Below are positions 40,858 to 56,954 of a stretch of 64,000 nucleotides of DNA, one piece after another. The notes beneath the pieces were generated by a model that was not told the DNA's origin, made no database searches, and saw only the letters and a list, made by a program, of their open reading frames with translations. Every line of letters begins with the position of its first letter. The stretch's first letter is position 1. The DNA is taken from assembly GCF_009914755.1 (NCBI RefSeq), contig NC_060933.1; one strand, 5' to 3'. The position numbers were made by a program, and so were the translations under genes. This DNA is from the human T2T-CHM13v2.0 reference genome, Homo sapiens.

Positions 40858-43800
40858 TTAATGAAGTTGACAAACACCAGACCAAATCTTGCCTACCAAT
40901 CAAAATCAACAATGGCATGCTGATTACCACTGGGGACTACTGAGAGTAGGAAAGAATATGGTAGGCCCCTGCCCTTAGAACGTTCATGGTTGAACTGAGT
41001 TGGGAGAGACAGAAAGAAACTAAGTACATATTTTACATACTGTAAGAATTCCTAAGAATGGGTGAAGAAGTAAGGTAAATCATTGTCTGGGATTCCCCAT
41101 CCTCCAAGATCCCACCCCAATCTACCTTTCTGGTCTTACCTTTCACTGATTACCTACATATACTCCATGTGATACTCTATATCCTGTGTCCCAAGCACAC
41201 TCCCACTTTCCTGACACAATGTGTTGGCTCAAGTCATATCTTAAAATGCCTGTCTTTTATCTTCACCTATGGAAATCTTGCTTATTCTGTAAGTCTTAGG
41301 ATAAAATTGTTCTCTTCCAAGATGCTTTACCTAATTTCCAGAATCAAATATAATTGTGATTTCATGTGATCTCTTCAGCAGTTTATACTGCTCTCAGAGT
41401 GTATCACATCCTACCTGACTTTTAATTTTACTTACATTCTACTTCACAGAAAGTGAAGAGATGGAAAAAGATATTCCATGCAAACAGAAACCAAAAAGAA
41501 CAGGAGTAGCTATACTTATATCAGATAAAATAAATTTCAAGTCAAAAACTATAAGAGATAAAGAAGGTCATTACATAATCATAATGAGGTCAATTCAGCA
41601 AAAGCATATAACAATTATAAATATATATGCAACCAATATTGGAGAACCTAAACACATAACACAAATATTAATAGATCTAAAGGAAGAGATAGACTACAAT
41701 ACATTAATGGTTGTGGATTTCAACACCCACTCTCAATAACAGACAGATCATCCAGACAAAATCAACAAAGAAAGACTGGAATTACATTCTACACCAAATG
41801 GACTTGACACTTAGAGAACATTTCACCCAACTGCTGCAGAATACATATTCTTCTCATGAGTACATGGTACATTCTCCAGGGTAGACTGTATCATAGAACA
41901 CAAAACAAGTTTTAACAAATTCATAAAACTCAAAATCATATCAAGGACTTTTCTAACGACAATGAAATATAACTAGAAATCAATAACAAGAACTCTAGAA
42001 ACTATACAACTACATAAAAAATAACATGCTCCCAAATGACCAATGAGTCAATGATGAAATTAGGAAGGAAATTTTAAAACGTCTTGAAGCAATAAAAATG
42101 AAAACACAACACATCAAAACCTATGCGATACAGCAGAAGCAGTAGTAAGAGGGAAGCTTATAGTAATAAACATCTACATGAAAAAAGAAAAACTTCACAT
42201 AAACAATCTAAAGATGTACCTTAAATTAGAAAAAGACAAACCAAATCCAAAATTAGTAGAAGGAAAGAAATAAGATCAGTGTAGAAATAAATAAAATAGA
42301 CTAAAAAAGCAATAAAAAGATCAATGAATTAAAAAGTTGGTTTATTGAAAAGTTAAAATCAACAAACCTTTAGCTAGACTAAAAAAAACAGAGAAGACAC
42401 AAATACATAAAATCAGAGGCAAAAAAGGAGATATTACACTGATATCACAAAAATTTAAAGGCTAATTAGAGATTGTTACAAGCAACTATAAGTCAATAGA
42501 TTGGAAAACCTAGAAGAGATGGATTAATTCCTAGACACGGACAACTTACCAGGATTGAATCACGAAGAAAAAGAAAACCCAAACAGAAATAATGAGAAAG
42601 AGGCTGTAATAAAAGTCTCCCATCAAAGAAAAGCTTAAGACCTGATGGCTTCACTACTGAACTCTAGCAAGCATTTAAAGAAGAACTAATGCCAATCAAT
42701 ACGAATTCTACCACAGCTATTCCAAAACACTGAAGAGGAGAGAATACTTCCAAACACACTCTACAAGGCCAGCATTACCCTGAGGCCAAAACCAGACAAA
42801 GACAAAATAAAAAAGGAAAACACATTCTACAAGACCAGCATTACCCCGATACCAAAATCAGACAAAGACAAAATAAAAAAGGAAAACTACAGTTCAATAT
42901 TCCTGATGAGCACAGATGCAAAAACCCTCAACAAAACATTAGCAAGCAGAATTAAACCACACATTAAAATGATCATTCACCATGATCAAGTGGGATTCAT
43001 CCCAGAATGCAAGAATGGTTCAACATATGCAAATCAACAAATTCGATACATCACATTGATAGAATCAAGAACAAGAATCATGTGATCATTTCAATAGATG
43101 CTGAAAAAGCATTTCATACATTTCAACATCCTTTCATGATAAAAACTCTCAATAAACTGGATACTGAAGGAACATACCTCAACATAATAAAGGTCATGCA
43201 TGACAAACCCACCAAACAAGGACACAAAACAAGCTAGCATCATTGAATGGGAAAAAACTCAAAGCCTTTCCTCTAAGATCTTGAACAAGACAAGGATGCT
43301 CACTTTCATCACTTGTATTCAACACAGAACTTGAAGTCCTAGCCACAGCAATTAGACAAGAGAAAGAAATAAAGTACATCAAAATTGAAAAGAAGTCAAA
43401 TTGTTCTTATTTGATATATGATCTTACGTATCATACGTAAGATATATGATCTTATGTATCATACGTAAGATATATGATCTTATATATCTTGTTGATATAT
43501 GATCTTGTATTTAGAAAAACCTAAATATCCACCAAAAAAACTCTTAGAAATTATAAATTCAGTAAAGTTTCAGAATACAAAAATCAACATACAAAATCAG
43601 TAGCATTTCCATATGCCAATAGTAAACAATCTGAAAAAGAAATCAAGAAATCAATTCCATTAACAATAGCCACACACACAAAAAATCTAGGAATAAACTT
43701 CAACAAAGAAGTAAAAGGTCTCTACAATAAAAACTATAAAACACTGATGAAAAAAATTGAAGGGGACACACAAAAAATGGAGATATCCCACGTTCATGGA

Positions 43801-43987
43801 TTGGGAGAATTGATGTTGTTGAAATGCTTATGCTACCCAAAGCGATATACTGTCAATGTAATCTTTATCAAAATACCAATGACGTTCTTCACAGAAATAG
43901 AAAAAAAAATCCTAAAATTCGTATGAAACCACAAAATGCCTTGAATAGCCAAAGTAATGCTAAGCAAAAAAAAAAAAAAAAAAAAAA

Positions 43988-44654
43988 GACCACACCTAAC
44001 TGACCCCACCTTGCTTCTAACCTTTAAGCTGTCCTTGTTCATTCCTGGGCATAGGCCAAACTAACCTTGGGAAGGAAATGAGTTTACAGTTTGACTCTGA
44101 AACAAAATTGGTAATAGCCTTTTTCTGAAAAGACCTCCCTCTTGCCTGGGAACCAGTTTGCTTTTGTAGGACTAACAAATTAGCTACAAGATTAGAAATT
44201 ATGGTTAGGGGTCATTCAGACTCCGGCTGCAAGAGTCTGATCCTCCCCAAATTGCTCCTGGGATAACACTGCTATTGTAAAATTCAAGGTCAGTGCTTGA
44301 GATATTTTGCAGACCCTGCACTCAATGGATTAGCTTACACCACCAAAGCCGGTAATCTGGCTCAATCAGTTCTGTGATCCCACCCAGGATCATAAGTTGG
44401 CAAGAACTCACTTAGACCCCCTATGATTTCATTTCTAACCCAACCAATCAACACTCCCCATTTCCTAGGCCCCTACCTGCCAAATTATCTTTAAAACCTC
44501 CGATTCCCAAGTTTTCGGGGAGACAGATTTGACTAATAATAAAACTCCAGTATCCTCACAGCTGACTCTGCGTGAATTACTCTTTCTCCATTGCAATTCC
44601 TCTGCCTTGATACATCAGCTCTGTCTAGGCAAAGTGAACCCGTTGGGCAGTTAC
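43988..44654 (+). mobile_element. LTR8-like ERV1 LTR nested in L1
   Basis: CTAACTGACCCCACCTTGCTTCTAACC...GAACCCGTTGGGCAGTTACA. Confidence 0.75.
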
Positions 44655-46636
44655 AAAATTATAACCCTACTAGAAGAAAACATTGGGGAGATGCTTCAGG
44701 ACATTGGTCTGGGCAACGACTTCTTGAGTAAGACCTCAAAAGCACAGGCAATAAGAACAAAAATAGACAAATGGGATTATACTAAACTAAAAAGCTTCTG
44801 TGTAGAAGAAAACATTGGGGAGATGCTTCAGGACTTTGGTCTGGGCAATGACCTTTTGAGTTAAGACCTCAAAAGCACAGGCAACAAGAACAAAAATCAA
44901 CAAATGGGATTATATCAAACTAAAAAGCTTCTGCATAGCAAAGGCAACAATAAACAAAGTGAACAGGCAACCTAGAGAATAGGAGAAAAATTGGCAAACT
45001 ATCCAACAAGGGATTAATAACCAGAATATACAAGGAACCCAAACAACTCAGTAACAACAACAAAAAAAACCTGATTTAAAAATAGCAAAAGATCTGAATA
45101 CATATTTCTCAAAGAAGATATACAATGACCAACAGGTATATAAAAAAAATGATCTCTAATCATCAGGGAAATGCAACTCAATAACACAATGAGGTATTAT
45201 CTCACCTGAGTTAAAATGACTATTATTTAAAAGACAAAAAATAACAAATGCTGGCAAGGATGTAAAGGGGAATACCAGTACACTGTTGGTGGGAATGTAA
45301 ATTAGTACAACTGCTATGGAGAAAAGCATGGAAATTTCCCAAAGAAATTAAAAATAAAATTACCATATGATCTGGCAATCCCACTGCTGGGTATACATCC
45401 AAAAGAAAGTTAATCAGTCTAACAGAGATATCTGTACTCCATGTTTATTACAGCACTATTCACAATAGCCAAGATATGGAATCAAACTAAGTTTCTACCA
45501 ATGGATGAATGGATATTAAAAAAACCGTACATATACTCAATGGAATATTATTCAGCCATTAAAAAAGGATGAAATCCTGTCATTTGCAGTAACATGGATG
45601 AAACTGGAGGACACTCTTTAGTGAAATAAGCCAGGTGCAGAAAGACAGATATCGCATGTTCTCGCTCCTATGTGTGAACCAAAAAAAAAAAAAAGACCTC
45701 ATGGAGGTAGTAATAAATTGATGGTTACCAGAGGCTGGGAAGGGTAGTGAGGAGGTAAGGTATGAAGACAGATTGGTTAGAAATACAGTTAAAAGGAGTA
45801 ATACAGTTAGAGAAGAGGACTACAGCTAAAAAGAGTAAGTTCTAGTGTTTGATTTCACAATTGGGTGACTATAGTTAGTAGTAATTTATTTGTATTTCAA
45901 AATAGCTAGAAGTGAAGATTTAGAATGTTCCCAAAACAAAGAGATAAATAACGTGATGGATACGTCAACTATTCAGATTTGGCTATTACACATTGTATGC
46001 TTGCATCAAAATATCACATGTACCCCATAAATATCTACAACTATTATGCATCCATAAACATTAAAAAAAAATTACAAATAAACATCACCTCATACCCATT
46101 AGGATGGTCATTACCAAAAAGACAAGTGTGGTGAGGACATGGAAAAAACGGCACCCTTATATGCTGCTGGTGGGAATGAATATTGGCATAGCCATTATAA
46201 AAAACAGTATTAAGCTTCCTCAAAAGTTATAAACAGAACTATCCTAACTATCCTAAGATCTAGCAATCTTACTACTCGGTATATATCCAAAGGAAATGAA
46301 AGCAGTATCTCAAAGAGACATCTGCACTCTCATCTTCATTGCAGCATGTGTGTATACATGTAAATGTATACATGTATACACACACATACACAATATTTAA
46401 GGCTGAATAAAATGCCATAAGTGTGTCTATATGTATATGTGTACCTATGTATGAATATATGTATATATTATGTGCTTGCATATATACACACACAAAAAAT
46501 GGCATTTTATTCAGCCTTAAAAAAGGATATTTGTAACACATGGATGAACCTGGAAAATATTATGCTAAGAGAAATAAGCCAGACAGAGTAATACCACATG
46601 ATCTCACTTATATGTAGTATCTAAAAAGTCAAATTA

Positions 46637-47014
<378 letters not shown>

Positions 47015-47050
47015 TTAAATTATGTAGAATGAATAAGTTCCAGAGATCTA

Positions 47051-47317
<267 letters not shown>

Positions 47318-48474
47318 TTATCTTGACTAATAATCAACATCAAGTTGTATATCTTAAATATATAAAATTTTTAAAATAGTAAAGAAAATATAATCATCAT
47401 TCTCAGTAATCTATTTCCTCTAGTTTTCTTCATAATTTACCACTTTCTGAAATTACATTACACATTTGTTCATTTCTTCCTCCATTAGAACATATGCCCT
47501 ACGAGAACAAAAATTTGGTCTGTTTTAGTAACCACTGTATTCTTACAACACTTAAGATATAGCCTGGCATATAGTAAACAGCCTAAAAAATATTTGTTGA
47601 GTGAATGAATAAAACAAACTTGGAAGAGATTTGAGAGATAATAACAAATATTGACCAAAGAAGAGGGAAAGCTAATATCTGAACTGATGAAAAAGATCTT
47701 TCCTAATTGTAGTGGTTTTTGTTTTAAACCTAAGAGAGCATACATTGCTCCCTAGGGTTCCTACCATACGTTTTGATTTCCTAAACACTATCTAAGTCAA
47801 ATTAGATTTACCTTCAAACAATTACACATGGTGCAGCCGTGCAGCAGAAAAAGCAGTAGATGGGGAGTTAGGAGACATATGTTCTAGATCCAGCTTTGCA
47901 ATTAACTTGCTTTGTGACTTTGGGAAAATCACTTCCCTCCTGTGGGCCTGTTTCCTCATATGTTGGAGTACCTCGAGGATGAGAATGGATTTTGTTTTTC
48001 CTGCTGTATCCTAGGCGCTTAGAGTAATGCTGGCCCTAAGAAATCTGTTGAATGACTGAATGAATGAACAAACAAAAGGAGGAGGCAGTACTTCATTACT
48101 GAACCTTGCTTGTGAAGAAACACAGCCGGCAAATGAGTTTAGTTTACCAAGCGCTTTCATGTGTTTGCAGACAACACACTCGGTGTCTCGCACACGAGGT
48201 TAATCCTGCTTGCTTAATAAATAAATGAATGAGTGAAGTGAAAAGGAAAGGGGGTGGTATTTCCGTTATAAAATGAGAAAACTAAGGCCGAGAGTGGAAG
48301 AGACTGGGTCCCACCACTCAATGAGTGCTTCTCAACTCGGGACCCTAACCGGACCTCCTTGTCCTTGCTCTGATCAGGCGCGGGACCACGATGGCGTAAC
48401 ACTCTATTTTGAATTCGTCCCTAATCCTCCTTAACTTTCCTTGAACATGACCCACCGTCCACCATAAAGCTTTA

Positions 48475-48600
<126 letters not shown>

Positions 48601-49131
48601 TCAGCCAGCAGTGACGCGCCCAGACCAGCCAATCGGATACAATCCCAGTGGCAAGAGCTTTCTTTTTCCTGTAGGCTCCCTCGCCCTTTGCACGCTGGGA
48701 AATGTAGTCCAGTAGCTGTTGCTGGCGGCGTCTGGACCGCGGCGCTCTTTCCGAGCATGACGGGAGTTGTAGTTGAGGGGGCCTCGGGAAGAATCTGGGT
48801 GACGCCTTCTGGTCCGGGGGCGGGCGGTCATAGCGTTACTTGGCTGAAAGGAGGAGGAACTGGCAGCGGGGAGGAGGCTCTAGCGAGGCCTGAAAGGCTG
48901 CGTAACCAGGCAGGAGTAGGGGTTGGGGTTCGGGGTTGGGGGACAGCCAGGGATCGCGTCTGATATGCTGTTGGGGTCGTGACCGTCTGGGGGCCGAGGC
49001 AGGCACTGGCCAGACCCAGCCAGGGATCCTCGTATTCGTCGAGCCTAATTTCCAGCAGCCGGGTAGGCCTCACCAGAGGCTCCTTTCCGTGAGGCCGCCC
49101 CCAATTCCTGCCCCTATTCTCTGCCTGGGAG

Positions 49132-49164
49132 ATGGCTTCCCCGAGCCCCCCGCCGGAGTCGAAG
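49132..49164 (+). CDS. ZNF189: ZNF189 coding exon 1 (MASPSPPPESK)
   Basis: GAGATGG Kozak context and a perfect donor AAG|GTAAGT. Confidence 0.93.
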
Positions 49165-49783
49165 GTAAGTAAGCACCCCCCCGGGGATCCCGGTTGTCTC
49201 GCCGCTACCCCAGCTAGGCCGCACCACTGCTTTCTCCCCCAGGCCCCCCACCAACCTCCTGACCGCCTCTTTAGGGCCAGCGCCTTGCAAGGAACTCCCC
49301 ACTAGTGCATTGGGGTGCGGTTCGCGAACAAACTGCCCACTGGCTCCCTTTTTTTTTTTCTTTTTCTAGAGAGACTTGATAAATCGGCCTGAGAAAATAA
49401 GTAATGCTCCAGACTAGCTCTCTCATTTGTGAGTTCTCCAGGTGAAGCACCATTTTTGACCTTCCCTTGTGTCTTCTGTTCCTGGCACAGTGCCTGGACC
49501 CCAAGGTACACGCTTAGAGAACCTCAAGGAATTGAATTGAATAGAGTCACAAGCCAGTGCAAATGGAAAATTGAAGTAGGCAATGAGGTGAGGGAAGCTT
49601 GGAGAGGCCTTGGGGCAGTTTACTAAAATTAAACCCTCAGGGCATAATAAATCAGAAAAGCCTTATCCGTAGGTCCTTTCTAGTCTGAGATGTCTGTCAG
49701 TTACAGTTCGTTCCCAGAATTGGGCAACATATGGAACTTTCAGTTATCATGTTCCTCCTAGCCTACTTGGCCACAATAAGTGA

Positions 49784-50005
<222 letters not shown>

Positions 50006-51890
50006 TAATTAAAATATCTAAGAAGGTAGAGAGAAATCAGACTAACAGAACATTTGGACGGAAACCAGTACCAAAACTGCTTTGTTCCAAAGTTCTGATT
50101 CAAACCTTTTAGCCATTAATTGTTTCCATAACTCTCATCCCTAGCTTCCTTGAGGTGACCAAACTGCAAGCCTTTCGGGCATCCTGTCTTCATAATCTCA
50201 TTCCCATATTGTTCTGTACTTTCCGTCCTGGCTCATCCTCCCACAGCTTTCCTCCCACCCCTTTTCACTCTGCGTTCTGGAACCCCTGTTCGTCTTCACA
50301 TAATGTTCCTTCCCTCCTGGCCTTAACTGAAACCTGGCACTATCCCAAGGACAACGTTTCTCTGGCAGTTTTTCAAGTGGGGGCTGCTTATTCTCCCACA
50401 TCCTCCTCCTTCCCCATCCTTTGTCTCAATGTTGGAAGGGGGAAGTTATTGTTCACTCAGCTTTTAAATGCTGTCCCCAAAGCATTAGTTTTCCACCTTC
50501 AAACAAAATCTCTCCTTCTTTGAGGTCTCAGCAGTCTTGCTTTTTCCACTCAATTCCTTTTCACTATCTGTCAACTTTTAGTTTGGTCCTTCACACATAA
50601 CTTTGTCACATGTTTCATAGTCTATTTTAACTCGTGCCATGGATGACCCAGTTAATACTTCAGCCTCAGTGGATCTTCAGGGACCCTGCTTTCCACTTTT
50701 ACTCAGCACCTTACATCATTGATCATACCAGTTTTGTCATAACAGGCAAATCGTAAATCCCAATACCCTATTCTCTGACCAGTTATTCGGAAATGGAAGT
50801 TTATTGACTGTGACTAGACGAGGGTAACCAAAACAGACAGGCTTTCTCCCCTTGTGGAGCTTACTACAACTTCTCTATCTTTCCTACTCCTTTCCACCTA
50901 AACCCATTCATTATTAACGATGTTTCCTGTCCCTTGACGTCTCTGTTTTTTCACTGAGGTGTCCAACCTTTCTGGGCTTGTATCCCCATCTAATCACCAG
51001 CAAGCTCTCTTGCTAGCTTGTCATTATTCTCTACCCATTCTGCAAACTTCAAATCCTGTATTTGTTATAAAATTCACCTTTCTCTCTTTCCTACCCAAAT
51101 TGCTAAACATAGCAGGAGAAATTCTCTAACCAGAAAGATTGATATCCTTTATATAAGTATGGCCTTTTTCTTCCACTCTCCACTGGGTTTTTATATCTTA
51201 GCAATATTTTTTGTCACTGATATGCTCACTGCCCTGTTCTTTTTAGTGACTATTCCAAAAGCTTATCCATCATTAAGTAGTGAAGCTCACCTTCTGTTTC
51301 TCAGAGAAAATAAAGGCCAATAAGCATGAACTCTCAACTTCTCTGCCTCTTATCTACACACTTAAAGCTGCTCTCATCTTCTCACCTTTCCAGAAACTAA
51401 TCAGTCATTCTTTTTTCCCTTTTAGTTTCAGTCACTATTTCTTCTCCCTTGGTACCCTTATTCTGATGATTGGTATGTTCACAACTCTTCAACAGGAGAA
51501 AAGAGAGGAAAAAAGAAAAAATCCCTCCTATGAGTCAGACTCTCCCTCTTGCTGCTGCCTATGATTTACTACTTGTTCTCTTCATAGTCAAGATTTTGTA
51601 AGAGTAGTTAATGTGTGTTCTGTATTTCTTTACCTCCCCTTGTGTCTGAGCCCCTTTGTCTTGCCTCTAATACTCCCTTTAAATTGTTTAACAGTGATCT
51701 GTAACACGTCATTGTCAAATGCAGTAGACTCTTTTGGGACCTTATTTTAGTCTACCTCTCTATGAATATGTGAAACTCTTTATTGTTTCCCTCCATTGGC
51801 TTGCATTCTCAGACTTCCCCTCAGTCTGTACTCTTTCCTTGGGGGACCTTACCTACACTCAGGTCATCAGCTACCGCTCTGTGAAAATAA

Positions 51891-52275
<385 letters not shown>

Positions 52276-53074
52276 TGAGTATAGTGATTTAATCTCTCTT
52301 TGCCTCAATTTATTTTTTTATAAAATGGAAATAATAATAGCACCTACCTCATAGGGTTATTGTGAGCATTGACTGAATTAATGTATGTAAAACACTTGAC
52401 ACACTAACATGTAGTTAAGAACAATATAAATGTTGACTTATATTGTTGTCATCATCTTCTCTGTTGAGTTTCCAATTCCTAGTCATCTTTTGAAGACCAC
52501 ATGAGTAATTCAAACCTGGCAAGTTTCAATCCATTAAAATCAAGGGCCTTCTCTTTCTTTGTTTTACCAGAGCTAAGCACTCCTTTCTTTGTTTTACCTT
52601 GTATATACTCCTGCTATTGAATTTATCATACTATACTACAATCATTCTATATATGTTACTTTTCTAACCTCACTGATTACTGTGAGGATGGTAGATATAC
52701 CTGTTGCATTTGATTTCTCCAGCACTTAGCACAGAGCCAGGCCTATATTATATGCTTCTTAAATATTTATATGACTGAGTAAGTACAGTTAACTTAAGAC
52801 TCAGTATCTCTTAACTGGATTATTACATTAACCCCTAAACTACCCCCTTGCCACTAGTCTCCTTTTTTAAAATATATTCTCTCTACTGCCACCAAAGTGA
52901 TTTTGTATTAGTTAACTGTGTAAAACTTCTGATGGTTCCTGATAGCTTAAATGATAAAAATCTTAATTTCTTATCATATAGGACCTTCCAAGTATAGCCT
53001 CTGCCTATCTTTCTTGCCTCACCTGTTTTTTCCTGCACACCACTTTAGTCTTCAGCCATATCAGCTGCTGATAT

Positions 53075-53100
53075 GTGTGTGTGTGTGTGTGTGTGTGTGT
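53075..53100. repeat. (TG)13 microsatellite
   Basis: Direct reading. Confidence 0.95.
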
Positions 53101-53619
53101 TTTAATATACCATGTTGTCTCTCAGTCACTGCCAGCTTATCCATACATATGGTATTCTGGTTGATAGAACCAAGTAAGTGCCTGGCCCTGCCTTCTCCTA
53201 GAACTGCAGCATGTAAATACCATATGGACAAGGTGTGACAGTGTGCCCACAGATGATCTTCTACTTGTAGGCTGTCTTCTTTATTTCAGCTTAAATACAG
53301 CTTTCCATATTCATCATTTCTCCTCCCACAGTCTTTTCATCCTCCTCAATAAACACTATCTCCATCCCTTTGGTGAGAGCTCCCTTGATGAGAGATCACT
53401 ATTACTCTACTGTTGCAATGCAGTATTCTCTTCTACATCATCTTAACTGCTTTTCATAATGCAACTCTTGTCTAGCTTTATAGTTTTGGCTTTTCATTCA
53501 TACTTTTCCTTTTCAAGCTTATTTTTAAAAAAACTTTAATAGCTACATCGATGATACAGTTGATAGCTTAATTTCTCAGATCTTTGACATCTTCAATTTT
53601 AATGACTCTTTCCGCAATG

Positions 53620-53865
53620 ACTTGCAGATTGCCACCTTATTACTGTGTCTTCACATGGCAGAAGGGGAGAGAGATAGAGCAAACGTTCTGGTCTTTGTTC
53701 CTCTTTTTATAAGAACACTAATCCCATCATGGGGGCCCAACCTTCATGACCTCATCTAAATTTAATTACTTCCCAAAGGCCCCGCCTCCAAATATCATCA
53801 CATTGTGGATTAGGGCTTCACCATATGAATATTTGGTGGGAACACAAACATTCAGTCTATAACAC
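53620..53865 (-). mobile_element. MLT1-type LTR fragment
   Basis: TCTTCACATGGCAGAAG...AACATTCAGTCTATAACA. Confidence 0.75.
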
Positions 53866-55768
53866 TGTCTTATCTCTTTTTTCTCCTTGACGGTTTAGTC
53901 TTTTCTCCTTATGTTCACATTCTTCTGTCCTTTTGGCTTCTGGTTTGATAGGTTACAATTCTAGCTACCTTCCGAATAACTAGCGATTTCAGTTTTAATT
54001 CCAGGTTCTTTGGCGAAACCCACTTTGAGACAACTATCTGTGTAGAAAAATTGGCCATGACCACAGGATGGGAAGATATTGCATAAGCATTGCCAAGCCC
54101 AGATCTAATGGATAGTCACTTCAAGGCTGCTCTGTGTGGAAGCCTTACTCTTGTTTTTTTCACCTGCCTATCCTGTTGACCTATTTATTTTTATGTGAAT
54201 GTCATTGTTTTATTCGCTTTAACAATATATTACATTTTGTGTCTGGTAATATAAGTCATTCTTTAATAATCTTTTTCAGGATGTACTTCACTAGTCTGCC
54301 TTCTTCTAAACTTTAGATTTATTTACTTTTTTATTGGTTCATGTGATTTTTGATTGGAATGATTAGTTTCATAGATTGAAAGGAATTGAGATCCTTATAA
54401 TATTGAATCTCTTTAGCCATTTGGTTGACTCTGTTTAACTGTATCCTTTTGTCTTTCAGAAAAATTGTATGGAATATTTTTATGGATCTTACACATTTCT
54501 TATGTTTATTCCTAGGTTTTATGTTTTTTGTTACTATTGTGAAGCATTTATATCATTTCTGTATAATATTTACTAACTTTTTTTGTACTAAGAACAAGCT
54601 TTTTAATCTTGTTATGATTATATTTTCATTTGCTTCTTCCAGGAATTTTAGGTATATATTCATATCATCTTCAAGTAATGATCATTTTGTCTTATTCATT
54701 TGAATGAAATTGACAGAACAGTATCCACTAATCCAACTAACATAACTGAACAAATATTCTGAAGAGACTGCCTTCTCACAAAGAATTTACAATCTAGTGG
54801 AAGAGACAAATAACGAACAGTTAAAAAATGCAGTGTAATCATAGCAATAATAGAATTATGGTCGAGGGCTGGTAATAAAAAAATAGAACACCTGAATCTG
54901 TCTAGTGGACTTAGTAAAGGCTTTGTAGAGGAACTGTTGCTTTAAACTTAAAGATTGCTTTGAATCTTAAAACCAAAAGTTTGCCAGGTAAACAGTGTTG
55001 AGGGACATTTAGTAAATGAGATATGTGAAGATAAGACATGAAAGACTGTAACACAAACAATTTGCCTACATAAAGTATGATAAAGTAGGTAGGAACATGA
55101 CTTGAGGCTTAGAGACTGTGTCATGAAGAGTTGTATCATAGCAAAGAGCTTGATTCGATCTTAAAGGTGATGGGGAGCTGCTAAATCTACAGGTGATGAC
55201 TTGAGTAGAATTCTGTTTTATAGAGATCTCTTCTAGAATCAGTAAGGCATATATAATGTGTTGGCAGCCTAAAGACTGGAGCCAAAGATTATAAGGCAGC
55301 TACATGATTGTGAGGGATGAAAGATAGGTGCTAGAGAGAAATCCAGGATTTGGATGATTGATTAACGTGAGAAGAAGGGAGAAATACAGGATGATTGCTG
55401 CTTTGAGACTATAGGGTAATGGATGATGGTGCCTTTCAAGAGATAATTAAAGGTGGGGAAAGGCATGAAAGCAGATGATGATGACCATGTTAATTGTGAG
55501 CCCTTTGTGAGGCATTTAACTGGAGATATCTGGAGGGTGTATATACAGAACAAGTAAGGATGTAAATGTGGGTAACAATAACAAAAGTCAGTTGACAAAG
55601 GAAAAGAAATAAATGAGGGAAATTTATCAGAAAAGGCCAAAGAAGTAGGGAAGGAAATAAAAGAATGTGGTAGTGTAGAAACCAAAAACAGATAATGTCA
55701 AGAAATAGGGGTGGTCAACAGTGTTAGATGCTGCTGAATAACATAAGGACTGAAACATGCCCATTTTA

Positions 55769-56047
55769 GGCCAGGCACGGTGGCTCACTTCTGTAATCCC
55801 AGCACTTTGGGAAGCTGAGGTGGGTGGATCACCTGAGGTCAGAGTTCGAGACCAACATGGTGCCCCATCTCTACTAAAAATGCAAAAAAATTAGCTAGGC
55901 ACAGTGGCGGGTGCCTGTAATCCCAGCTACTTGGGAGGCTGAGGCAGGAGAATTGCTTGAACCCGCGAGGTGGAGGTTGTAGTGAGCCAAGATCACTCCA
56001 GCCTGGGCAATAAGAGTGAAACTCTGTCTCAAAAAAAAAAAAAAAAA
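55769..56047 (+). mobile_element. AluSq/Sp-like within L2 remnants
   Basis: TSD ATGCCC(A/G)TTTTA. Internal deletions. Confidence 0.9.
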
Positions 56048-56854
56048 TGCCCGTTTTATTTTTATTTGAGTCATTGGTAATCTAATGAGAAGTTTCTCTA
56101 GATGCTGGAAACAGAAACCAGATTTCGCCACAGGTTGCAGAATAGATTGAATAGGAAGAGGTTGGGCTTGGAAAACATAAGAAATAGAAAACCTCGGTGT
56201 TAAGATTTTTTTTCAATGCTTGGCTTTCATAAAGAGAAGGATTTCAGGTTCAAGATAAAATTGGACATATTTATGTAATGGTAGGAAAGTGTCAATAGAG
56301 AGTGTGTATTGAAGAAAGAGGAAAGACGGGATAATTAAGCAAATGCCCAGAGGTGAGTAGGATCGGTAAGTGATGGATGGATTAGCCTTGCATAAGAATC
56401 AGATATATCTTTATGTACCATTGGCAGATAATTTTATAGGTAGAGGACAGAAAGTTGAGGGAGTTCTTTCATGTTTTTTCATTATGTGAAAGAAAATACA
56501 GCCCACTGAAAAATTTGAGAGGGGACACTAAAAAGCCTTAGAAGAAATAAAATTTCTAGTAGTTTCTTAGGGGAATAGGAAAAGGTTATTTTAGAATAAA
56601 ATAATGAAGTAAGCAAATAGAAAATTCAAAGATGACTCCACAAAAAATTGAGAGAAAAGAGGATGTATGAAAAAGGAGCTTGTTTAGGGCCAAATATAAA
56701 TGTGGTCATTATTGAATCTTCTAGCGGAATTATCTAATATCTATTCCAGCAAGAGATGGAAAATCAGGAAGATGTCCGAAGCAGGCCTAGATGTACTATA
56801 TGACACTCTGTTATATCATAGACCACTGTGCTGTCTTTTCTTCAACACATGCAA

Positions 56855-56954
56855 GATTTTCATTTCTCAGATGTCATGCAGCCTCTCAGTTGGAACAAGA
56901 TGGTGAACCTTGGGTCTTATATTGTTAGAGGGTTTAGAATCACATGTACTTGAG
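56855..56954 (+). pseudogene. Relic (dead) KRAB-B exon in ZNF189 intron 2
   Basis: Translates (G)FSFLRCHAASQLEQDGEPWVLYC*RV*, matching the KRAB-B consensus GF..SKPDLISQLEQGEEPWV. Donor GAG|GTATGA is retained. The in-frame acceptor reads CAA instead of CAG. Confidence 0.7.

Noticed and set aside
48919-48942. Link between the TTGGGG repeats and the nearby ZBTB10 retrocopy (ZBTB10 is recalled to bind TTGGGG)
   Set aside because: The retrocopy is non-coding and proximity gives no mechanism, so this is treated as coincidence.
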